Shown in pieces: positions 8,981 through 17,293 of a stretch of DNA of 64,000 bases. The notes beneath the pieces are model-generated. The model was not told the origin of the DNA and did no database searches. It saw nothing but the letters and a program-made list of their open reading frames with translations. The stretch lies in the NCBI GenBank assembly GCA_947174325.1, contig CAMWIL010000001.1:14989-78988 (forward strand), read 5' to 3'. Every line of letters begins with the position of its first letter. The stretch's first letter is position 1. A program made the position numbers and the translations under genes. Origin of the DNA: an uncultured Clostridia bacterium (GTDB lineage: Bacteria; Bacillota; Clostridia; Christensenellales; UBA3700).

Positions 8981-10300
8981 ATGAACAAGAAGTCAATCAA
9001 AGACGTAGACGTAAAAGGCAAGAAGTGCCTCGTAAGAGTGGATTTCAACGTGCCAATGAAAGACGGCGTTATTACAGATGAAAACCGTATTCAAGGCGCT
9101 TTGCCTACGATTAAGTATCTTATGGAACAAGGAGCAAAGGTTATACTTTGTTCTCACATGGGCAAGCCGCATAGCATTTTCAGCGCAAAAGTAGGCTTGA
9201 CTAAGAAAGAAAAGAAAGTAATTTCCGCTTTGCCCGAAGCTGAGCAAAAGGCGGCTACCGAAGAGGCTATTGCCAAGGCATTGAAAAACGATCCGGTTAA
9301 ACTGACTCTTAAACCCGTTGCGGACAGACTTAACCAACTGCTCGGCGGTAAAGTTGCTTTTGCAAAGGACGTAATAGGCGAAGACGCAAAAGCTAAAGTC
9401 GCTTCTTTGAAAGACGGCGAATGCGTTTTGCTTGAAAACTTGCGTTTCCACGCCGAAGAAGAGGGCAGAGACGAAGCTTTCTGCAAGGCGTTGAGCGAAT
9501 ATGCGGACGTATACGTCAACGACGCTTTCGGTACTGCGCACAGAAGTCACTCATCGACTGCTGGTATCGTAGAATACGGATTTGTCAAAGATGCAGTTTG
9601 CGGCTTCTTGATCGAAAAGGAATTGAGCGTTATGGCGGACAGTTTGGAACATCCCGTTCATCCGTTCGTTGCGGTTCTCGGCGGAGCGAAAGTCGCTGAC
9701 AAACTCAAAGTAATCGACAATTTGCTCAACAAGTGCGATACGCTTATTATCGGCGGAGGAATGTCCTATACTTTTGCAAAGGCTATGGGTTGTGAAGTCG
9801 GCACGTCTTTGGTGGACGATGAAAAGCTCGATTACTGCAAGGAAATGCTTGAAAAGGCAAAGAAACTAGGCAAGCAGCTTCTTTTGCCTGTTGATGCAGT
9901 TACGGCGAAGGAATTCCCGAATCCTATCGACGCGGCTATTGAAGTAGAAACTTTTGATATCAACGCTATGCCTGCCGATAGAATGGGACTTGATATCGGA
10001 GAGAAGTCGAGAAAACTTTTCGCTGACGTAGTTAAGAACGCAAAAACCGTTATTTGGAACGGACCTATGGGCGTATTTGAAAATCCGATACTTGCAAGCG
10101 GTACGGTAGCTGTGGCAAAGGCTATGGCAGAGGCTGACGGCGCTACTACGATAATCGGCGGCGGAGACAGCGCGGCAGCGGTTGCGCAACTTGGCTTTGC
10201 AGATAAGATGAGCCACATTTCGACAGGCGGCGGCGCATCGCTCGAATTGTTTGAAGGCAAGGTATTGCCGGGCATTGCTTGCTTAAACGATAAAGACTAA
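8981..10300 (+). CDS. pgk: Phosphoglycerate kinase (439 aa, carries an insertion of about 40 aa)
   Basis: End-to-end colinearity with bacterial Pgk ([43 protein letters not shown]). SD AAGGAG. Confidence 0.95.
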   Translation: MNKKSIKDVDVKGKKCLVRVDFNVPMKDGVITDENRIQGALPTIKYLMEQGAKVILCSHMGKPHSIFSAKVGLTKKEKKVISALPEAEQKAATEEAIAKALKNDPVKLTLKPVADRLNQLLGGKVAFAKDVIGEDAKAKVASLKDGECVLLENLRFHAEEEGRDEAFCKALSEYADVYVNDAFGTAHRSHSSTAGIVEYGFVKDAVCGFLIEKELSVMADSLEHPVHPFVAVLGGAKVADKLKVIDNLLNKCDTLIIGGGMSYTFAKAMGCEVGTSLVDDEKLDYCKEMLEKAKKLGKQLLLPVDAVTAKEFPNPIDAAIEVETFDINAMPADRMGLDIGEKSRKLFADVVKNAKTVIWNGPMGVFENPILASGTVAVAKAMAEADGATTIIGGGDSAAAVAQLGFADKMSHISTGGGASLELFEGKVLPGIACLNDKD

Positions 10301-10328
10301 TAAAAATAATTTTGACAGAGGTATAAAA

Positions 10329-11078
10329 ATGAGACAACCTATTATTGCAGGAAACTGGAAAATGAACAATACTATCGCAGGAACAAAGGCGCTTCTTACC
10401 GACCTTATCCCACTTGTTGCGGACGCTAAGGCGGAAGTTGTGGTATGCGTACCGTATACGAATATTGCCGCTGCGGGAGAACTTATCAAAGGAACTAATA
10501 TAAAGCTTGGCGCAGAGAACGTTCACTGGGCTGAAAAAGGCGCGTTTACGGGCGAGATCAGCGCAGATATGTTGGTGGAACTTGGCGTTGAGTACGTTAT
10601 TATAGGACACAGCGAGCGCAGACAGTATTTTGGAGAGACTGACCAAACTGTCAACGCAAGAGTTAAGGCTGCGCTTGCAAAGGGACTTAAACCTATCATT
10701 TGCGTGGGCGAAACTCTCGAAGAAAGAGAGGGCGGCATCGTAGAGGAAGTACTCGTAAGACAGACCACGGAAGCGTTCAAGGATATTGATAAGGATCAAC
10801 TTGAAAACATCGTTATTGCATACGAACCGGTATGGGCGATCGGCACAGGCAAGACGGCTACCGCGCAGGACGCGAATGATACTATCGCTATCATCAGAAA
10901 CACAATGGCTAAACTCTACTGTGAAAAGTGCGCGCAGGAAAAGGTTAGAATTCAGTACGGCGGAAGTATGAATCCTAAGAATGCAAGCGAACTTATGGCT
11001 ATGGAGCAAATCGACGGCGGACTTATCGGCGGAGCTTCTTTGAAAGCAGTCGACTTCTCGCAGGTTGTCAAGTACTGA
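10329..11078 (+). CDS. tpiA: Triosephosphate isomerase
   Basis: IIAGNWKMN, IIGHSERR, AYEPVWAIGTG and YGGS motifs; 249 aa. Confidence 0.95.
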   Translation: MRQPIIAGNWKMNNTIAGTKALLTDLIPLVADAKAEVVVCVPYTNIAAAGELIKGTNIKLGAENVHWAEKGAFTGEISADMLVELGVEYVIIGHSERRQYFGETDQTVNARVKAALAKGLKPIICVGETLEEREGGIVEEVLVRQTTEAFKDIDKDQLENIVIAYEPVWAIGTGKTATAQDANDTIAIIRNTMAKLYCEKCAQEKVRIQYGGSMNPKNASELMAMEQIDGGLIGGASLKAVDFSQVVKY

Positions 11079-11153
11079 TATTCCGTCATAATAAAAACGA
11101 TAAGGGCGGACAGTATTAATATTGTTCGCCTTATTTAAAGAAAGAGGTAAAGT

Positions 11154-12692
11154 ATGAAATTCACAGGTTTGATAATAATGGACGGATACGGTATCAACGA
11201 GTTTGGCGAAAACAACGCTATTTCTCCGATCACGTCTCCCGAAGTACTCAAAATTTTGAAAGAAAATCCCAGCACTCAACTCTGCGCAAGCGGTCTTGCG
11301 GTAGGTTTGCCCGAAGGACAGATGGGCAACAGCGAGGTGGGACATTTGAATATAGGTGCGGGAAGAGTTATTTTCCAAGACTTGCCGAAGATCACAAAGG
11401 CAATACAAGACGGCGATTTCTTCTCAAATAAAGCTTTGGTTGACGCAGTACTCAACGCAAAGAAAAACGACCGGGGATTGCACGTTATGGGTCTTGTGTC
11501 GGACGGCGGAGTTCACTCGCACTTGACACATCTTTTCGCTACAGTAAAAATGGCGAAAGAGATGGGCGTAAAGCAGACTTATATTCATTGCTTTATGGAC
11601 GGCAGAGACGTTTCGCCTACGAGCGGTAAGGGCTTTATTGAACAACTTGAAAAGTATTTGAAAGAATTGAATTACGGAAAGATAGCTACGATAAGCGGAA
11701 GATTCTACGCTATGGACAGAGATAATATCTGGGAAAGAGTCGCAAAGGCTTACGGCGCGTTAGTAGACGGCGAAGGCGTAATGGAGAACGATGCGGTGGA
11801 GGCTATGCAAAATAGCTACGATAAAGGCGTTACGGACGAATTTATGCTTCCTACCGTAATACTTGAAAACGGCAAACCGGTCGCTACGGTAGAAAAGGGC
11901 GATAGCGTAATATTCTTCAATTACCGTCCAGATAGAGCAAGGCAGATCACGAGAAGTTTCATTTTTGAAGACTTCACTGGTTTTGAAAGAAAGAAAGGTT
12001 TTCTTGCGCCATGCTTCGTATCCTTTACTACTTACGACGCTACTTTCGAGGGAAAACTCGAAGTCGCTTTCAAAAAAGAGAGATATGCCAATACGCTCGG
12101 CGAATACCTTGCGAGCAAGGGTATAAAGCAGTTTAGAATAGCCGAAACGCAGAAATACGCGCACGTTACTTTCTTCTTTAACGGCGGCGTGGAAGCGCCT
12201 AATAAAGACGAGGACAGAATACTTATAGACTCGCCGAAAATCGCTACTTTTGATATGAAACCGGAAATGAGCGCGTACGAAGTATGCGACAAAGCTTGCG
12301 AAGTCATCAAGAGCGGAAAGTATGGAGTAATGATACTCAACTTCGCCAACTGCGATATGGTAGGTCATACCGGAGTGATGAAGGCCGCTCAAAAGGCTGT
12401 TCAAGTTACAGACGAATGTGTGCGCAAAGTTCTTGACGCTATCGCCGAGGTAGGCGGACAGGCGTTGTTGACAGCCGATCATGGCAATTGCGATTATATG
12501 TTCGATCCGATCACAAAAGCTCCGTTTACAGCGCATACTACGAATCCCGTACCGTTTGCAGTAATAGGAGCAGACGGCGTAAAAGCTTTGGCTAGCGGCG
12601 GAAAACTTTGCGATATCGCGCCGACGATGCTCGATATCATGGGACTTGAAATACCTAAGGAAATGACGGGAAAAAGTCTTATAATCAGATAA
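11154..12692 (+). CDS. gpmI: 2,3-bisphosphoglycerate-independent phosphoglycerate mutase
   Basis: 512 aa. GNSEVGHLNIGAGR, SDGGVHSH, NFANCDMVGHTG and TADHGN motifs. Confidence 0.95.
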   Translation: MKFTGLIIMDGYGINEFGENNAISPITSPEVLKILKENPSTQLCASGLAVGLPEGQMGNSEVGHLNIGAGRVIFQDLPKITKAIQDGDFFSNKALVDAVLNAKKNDRGLHVMGLVSDGGVHSHLTHLFATVKMAKEMGVKQTYIHCFMDGRDVSPTSGKGFIEQLEKYLKELNYGKIATISGRFYAMDRDNIWERVAKAYGALVDGEGVMENDAVEAMQNSYDKGVTDEFMLPTVILENGKPVATVEKGDSVIFFNYRPDRARQITRSFIFEDFTGFERKKGFLAPCFVSFTTYDATFEGKLEVAFKKERYANTLGEYLASKGIKQFRIAETQKYAHVTFFFNGGVEAPNKDEDRILIDSPKIATFDMKPEMSAYEVCDKACEVIKSGKYGVMILNFANCDMVGHTGVMKAAQKAVQVTDECVRKVLDAIAEVGGQALLTADHGNCDYMFDPITKAPFTAHTTNPVPFAVIGADGVKALASGGKLCDIAPTMLDIMGLEIPKEMTGKSLIIR

Positions 12693-12702
12693 ATGAATTA
12701 CG

Positions 12703-12739
12703 AAAAAAAATACGCGGGAATTTCCCGCGTATTTTTTTT
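12703..12739. terminator. Bidirectional intrinsic terminator between gpmI and the convergent XRE gene
   Basis: A-run, then tacgcggg / cccgcgta stem, then T-run. It is palindromic, so it can function on both strands. Confidence 0.8.
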
Positions 12740-12748
12740 CGCGCAACA

Positions 12749-13447
12749 TTATTTGTTTAAAAGTTTATATAGCGGTTGCTCTATATTTGAATAAATAGGC
12801 AATCCGCCTACAGGATTATCGCCTATGGCAATTCCTCCGAATGAGTTTGTTCCTATCGCAATGCCGCCAAAAGCCATATAACCACCCAAGGCGATCCCGC
12901 CCGCCGCTATAACGGGGCTGACCGCTATTCCTCCAAATGCAGCTAATAGACCTAGGACAAGTCCTCCAAAAGAGAGTAAGCCGAGGCATAGCGCGCCATA
13001 CGTTATGATACCGATAGCTATCGGTCCGATCGCAATTACTCCTTGCGCTATATTGCCTATCGCGATTATTCCTCGCGCGATGCGCGGAGGTAAGCCGACT
13101 CCTAAGTTTATATGAACAAGAGGAACGTTGCCGATTTTTGTTTTGCTCTTATATTCATAATGCCATTTAAGAAAAGAGTTTAGATTGGTAGTATTAGTTT
13201 GTTCTTTAGTATTTTGAGTATCGTAAGATTCTTCGGATTTTGATGCGCTTTCTTCGCCCGTTAACAAATAGTCTGTAGTAACGTTGAAATATTTTGCAAG
13301 TTTTGCGATCTTATCCAGTTCGGGATAACTTTGGTCTGTTTCCCACTTGGATACTGATTGACGGCTTACTTGCATAAAATCAGCCAATTCTTCCTGCGAT
13401 ACGTAATTCTTACGTCTAAGTTCATAGATCCTTTCGCCTATAGTCAT
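12749..13447 (-). CDS. XRE-family HTH protein with a C-terminal Gly/Ile/Ala-repeat membrane domain
   Basis: N-terminal HTH_3 (IYELRRKNYVSQEELADFMQVSRQSVSKWE). The C-terminal roughly 110 aa consist of repeated G-I-A-I-G-type units. SD GGAGG. Confidence 0.7.
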   Translation of the reverse strand: MTIGERIYELRRKNYVSQEELADFMQVSRQSVSKWETDQSYPELDKIAKLAKYFNVTTDYLLTGEESASKSEESYDTQNTKEQTNTTNLNSFLKWHYEYKSKTKIGNVPLVHINLGVGLPPRIARGIIAIGNIAQGVIAIGPIAIGIITYGALCLGLLSFGGLVLGLLAAFGGIAVSPVIAAGGIALGGYMAFGGIAIGTNSFGGIAIGDNPVGGLPIYSNIEQPLYKLLNK

Positions 13448-13615
13448 TTTTGTCCTCCGTCATACTTGTGATTTAAGTTTATCAAAAAATCGTATCGAAA
13501 TCAACAGCTAAGCGGTTTGCAATTTGTCAACCAACGGTTGCATTTGTATTTTTGCGGTAGCAAAGAGTCATTTTATTATGAAATTTTACAAATTACGATA
13601 ATTGCTCAAAAATAA

Positions 13616-13644
13616 TTGACATAGGGAAAAAAGCAGAGTATATT
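13616..13644 (+). promoter_or_regulatory. sigma-A-like promoter of the riboswitch-led operon
   Basis: TTGACA (13616-13621), 17-nt spacer, TATATT (13639-13644). The predicted TSS falls just before the aptamer hairpin. Confidence 0.5.
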
Positions 13645-13651
13645 TGACAGT

Positions 13652-13724
13652 GGGCAGTTCGTAACCATCCTGCCTTGCGGTAAAATATAGCCGAGCATCG
13701 GACCGCAAAATCAAAACTAAGGAG
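13652..13724 (+). promoter_or_regulatory. Candidate preQ1-type riboswitch aptamer (class-I-like hairpin and tail, with an inserted hairpin)
   Basis: P1 is ggcag/ctgcc (13653-57 / 13670-74) with the 12-nt loop UUCGUAACCAUC. An inserted helix ttgcgg/ccgcaa spans 13675-80 / 13703-08. The A-rich tail is AAUCAAAACUAAGGAG. The downstream genes are 7-deazaguanine-related. Confidence 0.5.
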
Positions 13725-13750
13725 TAATTATAGGCATACTATGCGTATTT

Positions 13751-13774
13751 GCGTCCTTAGAGGACGCTTTTTTT
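13751..13774 (+). terminator. Intrinsic terminator / RBS-sequestering hairpin (riboswitch expression platform)
   Basis: A 7-bp stem gcgtcct/aggacgc with a 3-nt loop and T7. The AGAGGA SD-like element lies in the 3' arm, 10 nt before the ATG at 13775. Confidence 0.75.
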
Positions 13775-14470
13775 ATGGAAAGATACAGTAAGATAACAGA
13801 AAAGAGAAAAAGAGAGATAGTTCTTTTAAGAGGAAGCGGATGCGTGTACAAGAAGTGCGCGTTCTGCGATTATTATCACGATAGCTGCAAAAATGAGGAA
13901 GAAAACTTTTTGCTCAATTCGCAGGTTTTGGAAAAAGTCGACGGACAATACGGCGATTTGGAAATCATAAATAGCGGCTCGGTATTTGAATTGGATAAAG
14001 ATACCATAGAATTGATAAAGCAGACGGCAAAAGCAAAAGGCATTAAGACTTTGCATTTCGAGTCGCATTATCTCTATAGAAACAGAATACCCGCGCTTAG
14101 AAAAGAGTTTTGTGATTTTGATTTGAAAATGAAGCTTGGATTGGAAACTTTTGATAATGAATTGAGAGAAAACGTTCTCAAAAAGGGAATTCCTGAAAAA
14201 GACTGTTACGTAATTGCTCAGAATTTTGATGAAGCAAATTTTCTTTTCGGCATCAAAGGGCAAGACTCAAATACAATGTTAAATGATATCAAAACGGGTC
14301 TTGAACTTTTTGAACGTATTTGCATCAATATAATGTGCAAAAACACGTCGAAGATTTTGCCTGATAAAGACGTTATAAACGCTTTTATTAAAGATATTTA
14401 TCCTTTGTATAAAAATGATTACAGGGTGGATATATTGCTTAATAATACAGATTTTGGAGTAGGAGACTAA
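13775..14470 (+). CDS. Radical-SAM-like protein; possible queuine lyase (QueL-like)
   Basis: Cys cluster GCVYKKCAFCDYY (CX4CX2C), then SGS and LGLETFD blocks typical of radical-SAM barrels. It is preceded by a preQ1-like leader and followed by yhhQ. Confidence 0.5.
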   Translation: MERYSKITEKRKREIVLLRGSGCVYKKCAFCDYYHDSCKNEEENFLLNSQVLEKVDGQYGDLEIINSGSVFELDKDTIELIKQTAKAKGIKTLHFESHYLYRNRIPALRKEFCDFDLKMKLGLETFDNELRENVLKKGIPEKDCYVIAQNFDEANFLFGIKGQDSNTMLNDIKTGLELFERICINIMCKNTSKILPDKDVINAFIKDIYPLYKNDYRVDILLNNTDFGVGD

Positions 14471-14471
14471 T

Positions 14472-15197
14472 ATGAATGAATTAATACTGATCGTATCATT
14501 GATCGTAATTTTCGCATCCGTATTGCTTGCGTATAGATTATTCGGCAGGGGCGGCTTGTACGCAATGTCGGCAATTATGACGACTTTTGCAAATATCGAA
14601 GTAATTATACTTATCAAAGCGTTTGGGATGGAGCAGACGCTTGGCAATATACTCTTTGCCGCGACGTTTTTGATCACCGATATACTTTCTGAGTGCGAGG
14701 GTAAAAAGTGCGCCAACAAAGCCGTATTCATAGGCATATTCTCACAAGTGTTTTTCTTGTTGCTTTCGCAAAGTTGGCTTTTATATAAGCCTGTCGCTTC
14801 AGACGACGTAGCAGTTGAAGCTATAAGGACAGTATTTTCAAATACGCCTAGAATGATTTTAGCTTCGTTGGCAGTCTATGCGGTAAGTCAAGTATTCGAC
14901 GTTTGGCTCTATCACAAATGGTGGAAGTTCACTGAGAAAAAATTCGGCAACAAACGCGGCTTTTTGTGGTTGAGAAATAACGGCTCGACGTTGATAAGTC
15001 AGATCATCAATACGTTGCTCTTTACGTTGCTTGCTTTTATCGGTACTTATGACGCAAAGACAATAATGTCGATTTTCGCGTCAAGTTACGTAATATTCAT
15101 ATTTACTTCTTTGCTAGATACTCCGTGCGTATATCTTGCAAGGAAGATATCTGATAAAAAGAAAGCGGCTGCGCAAGCGCAGGTTGAGGAAGTTTAG
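14472..15197 (+). CDS. yhhQ: Queuosine-precursor transporter, YhhQ/DUF165 (VUT) family
   Basis: Polytopic. The blocks FLITDILSE..GKK.A, ASLAVYAVSQVFDVWLY and LRNNGSTLISQIINTLLF follow the YhhQ pattern as I recall E. coli YhhQ. Confidence 0.8.
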   Translation: MNELILIVSLIVIFASVLLAYRLFGRGGLYAMSAIMTTFANIEVIILIKAFGMEQTLGNILFAATFLITDILSECEGKKCANKAVFIGIFSQVFFLLLSQSWLLYKPVASDDVAVEAIRTVFSNTPRMILASLAVYAVSQVFDVWLYHKWWKFTEKKFGNKRGFLWLRNNGSTLISQIINTLLFTLLAFIGTYDAKTIMSIFASSYVIFIFTSLLDTPCVYLARKISDKKKAAAQAQVEEV

Positions 15198-15224
15198 TTC
15201 TCGTGTTAAATGGATAAATTATAA

Positions 15225-15258
15225 AAAAGATTGCAATCTTCTATTGCAATCTTTTTTT
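15225..15258. terminator. Bidirectional intrinsic terminator (yhhQ / capD-like convergent pair)
   Basis: agattgcaat / attgcaatct stem with a 5-nt loop, flanked by an A-run and a T-run. Confidence 0.8.
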
Positions 15259-15301
15259 GTCGTCGTTTTGAACTTTTGCGATATTATTTTATTAAATAAA
15301 A

Positions 15302-17287
15302 CTATTTAGCCAACGTTTCGTTTTTATAAGCTTCGGCTTGTTTTGTTATTTTTTCCAAATAAGCAGTGTCGTGCTTGAACGTGGGAACGAGTATTTTCAA
15401 CTGTTCGACTACCGCATGTTTGTCGTTGGTTGCGCATATGGCGCGCATCTTTTCAAGTTCGTTGGTAAAGCCTTCGATATCTATCGACATTTGATGACCT
15501 ACGAAAATCTTTTCGTTAGCAGTTTTTTGCAAGCCTTCTTCATTCATCAACAGCTCTTCAAAGAGTTTTTCGCCCGGTCTTAGTCCGGTAAATACAATAT
15601 CAATGTCGACGTAAGGTTTATGTCCCATGAGAGTAATAAGATTTTCAGCCAAAGTTACTATTTTGACCTGCTTGCCCATATCAAGTACGAATATCTCTCC
15701 GCCGTGAGCGAACGTACCTGCCTGCAACACAAGACTTACAGCTTCTGGGATTGTCATAAAGTATCTTATTATATCGGGGTGGGTGACAGTCACAGGACCG
15801 CCGTTCTCTATTTGCTTCCTAAACAGAGGTATGACAGAGCCGTTGCTTCCCAATACGTTGCCAAATCTGACTGCGGCGAATTCGGTCTTAGAGCCCTTTT
15901 GAGCCATCATTTGTACGATCTCTTCGCAACAGCGTTTTGTCGCGCCCATTACGTTGGTAGGATTGACCGCCTTATCGGTGGAAATCATTATAAACTTTTG
16001 GACGTTGTGCTTGTCCGCCAAAATGGCAAGATTGTAAGTGCCGAATACGTTGTTTTTAACTGCTTCTTCAGGCACTGTTTCCATAAGGGGAACGTGTTTA
16101 TGCGCAGCGGCATGGAAGATGATTTGAGGTCTGAATTCCGTAAATAGATCGTCCATTTTGTCGTAATCTGTGACAGAAAGTATTTCCACGTGCAAATCGT
16201 AATCCGCGCCGTACGCTCTTAGCAATTCCTGTTGAATACTGTAAGCGCAGTTTTCATAGATATCTACAATTATAATTCTTCTTGGCTTGTATTTAGCTAT
16301 TTGACGGCAAAGTTCCGATCCTATAGAGCCGCCTCCGCCCGTGACCATAACGATTTTATCGTAGATATAGCTAGCTACGCCTACGTCGTCGAAAGTGATT
16401 TGCTGACGTCCGAGCAGGTCGGCGATATTAATATCGCGCATTTGCTTTGTGATGTTAACGTTGTCGATCATTTCACTGACGAACGGCAAAACTTTTACTT
16501 GACATTTGGTTGCGTTACAGTCTTGAAGTATTTTTTGACGAGCATCTCCGCCTAGCGAAGGTATAGCAAAGATTATTGTATCTATTGCGTATTTTTGAAC
16601 GCAAATGGCGATTTCTTCCGTGTTGCCGACAACTTCGATCTCATTGATGATTCGCCCTAACTTGTCCGGATCGTCGTCAATAAGGCATATTGGGTTGTAA
16701 ATGCTGTCTTGCCGCGAAAGCTCCTCCAAGATCATACTTGCCGTATAACCAGCGCCTATGATCATAGTACGCTTTCTTTGCGCTACTTCCAACTTATCCC
16801 TCTGTCTTGCATATACGAATTCATAAAGTATTCTGATCAAGATGATAGCCGACGTAGAGAATACGCCCAGCATGATGTAAGCGGGGTAGGTGATTTGCTT
16901 TAACGTAGGTAAAGATCCTACTTGATGCGTGCCGTCTATTTTTATTAACTTAAAGGATTGATCTAAAATAGCGAACACCAACGTAGCGACAACGCACGCT
17001 CCCACTATACGCAGATAATCCTTGCCTCTTGCATATCTCCAAACTACTTTAAATACGCGGAAAGCGAGAAATGATAGCGCAAATATAGCTATAATGACAG
17101 GAACGCTCAAAAATGCGCTCAAAAGGATACCCTGCAATTTTACATCCAGCTGATGCAAATATGCCTGTGAGAGTATTATCGCGCTCATATAGCATATGAT
17201 TACGGTTATAAGGTCGACAGCCAAAATGCCCCATTCTCTAAGTGTGCGAATTGTAAAAGACTTTGTCTTTAGTTTAGGTCGTTTCAT
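15302..17287 (-). CDS. Membrane-anchored nucleotide-sugar 4,6-dehydratase, CapD/PglF/WbpM family
   Basis: N-terminal TM helices. VTGGGGSIGSEL Rossmann motif, HAAAHKHVP and STDKAVNPTNVMGATKR. Confidence 0.85.
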   Translation of the reverse strand: MKRPKLKTKSFTIRTLREWGILAVDLITVIICYMSAIILSQAYLHQLDVKLQGILLSAFLSVPVIIAIFALSFLAFRVFKVVWRYARGKDYLRIVGACVVATLVFAILDQSFKLIKIDGTHQVGSLPTLKQITYPAYIMLGVFSTSAIILIRILYEFVYARQRDKLEVAQRKRTMIIGAGYTASMILEELSRQDSIYNPICLIDDDPDKLGRIINEIEVVGNTEEIAICVQKYAIDTIIFAIPSLGGDARQKILQDCNATKCQVKVLPFVSEMIDNVNITKQMRDINIADLLGRQQITFDDVGVASYIYDKIVMVTGGGGSIGSELCRQIAKYKPRRIIIVDIYENCAYSIQQELLRAYGADYDLHVEILSVTDYDKMDDLFTEFRPQIIFHAAAHKHVPLMETVPEEAVKNNVFGTYNLAILADKHNVQKFIMISTDKAVNPTNVMGATKRCCEEIVQMMAQKGSKTEFAAVRFGNVLGSNGSVIPLFRKQIENGGPVTVTHPDIIRYFMTIPEAVSLVLQAGTFAHGGEIFVLDMGKQVKIVTLAENLITLMGHKPYVDIDIVFTGLRPGEKLFEELLMNEEGLQKTANEKIFVGHQMSIDIEGFTNELEKMRAICATNDKHAVVEQLKILVPTFKHDTAYLEKITKQAEAYKNETLAK

Positions 17288-17293
17288 TTTGAA

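Noticed and set aside
10146-11408. A 420-aa ORF on the minus strand spanning the pgk 3' end, all of tpiA, two intergenic spacers and the gpmI 5' end
   Set aside because: It is antisense to three unmistakable glycolytic genes and is codon-aligned with tpiA and gpmI (all triplets start at coordinates congruent to 0 mod 3). It stays open simply because the sense genes avoid TTA, CTA and TCA codons. The translated product is R/S/F/C-rich low-information sequence with no motif and no RBS.
11760-12749. A 329-aa minus-strand ORF overlapping gpmI. Similar antisense ORFs lie at 8993-9550, 21339-22094, 42125-42811, 43057-43788, 52628-53296 and 15620-16147
   Set aside because: All lie within, and antisense to, well-supported genes. 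They have no SD or promoter and their protein sequences are non-descript. I treat them as shadow ORFs.
13741-13791. A 16-codon ORF (MRICVLRGRFFYGKIQ) downstream of the AAGGAG in the riboswitch tail
   Set aside because: The SD-to-ATG spacing is about 16 nt, which is too long. The ORF runs through the terminator hairpin and overlaps the real start at 13775 out of frame. The AAGGAG is better explained as part of the aptamer tail.
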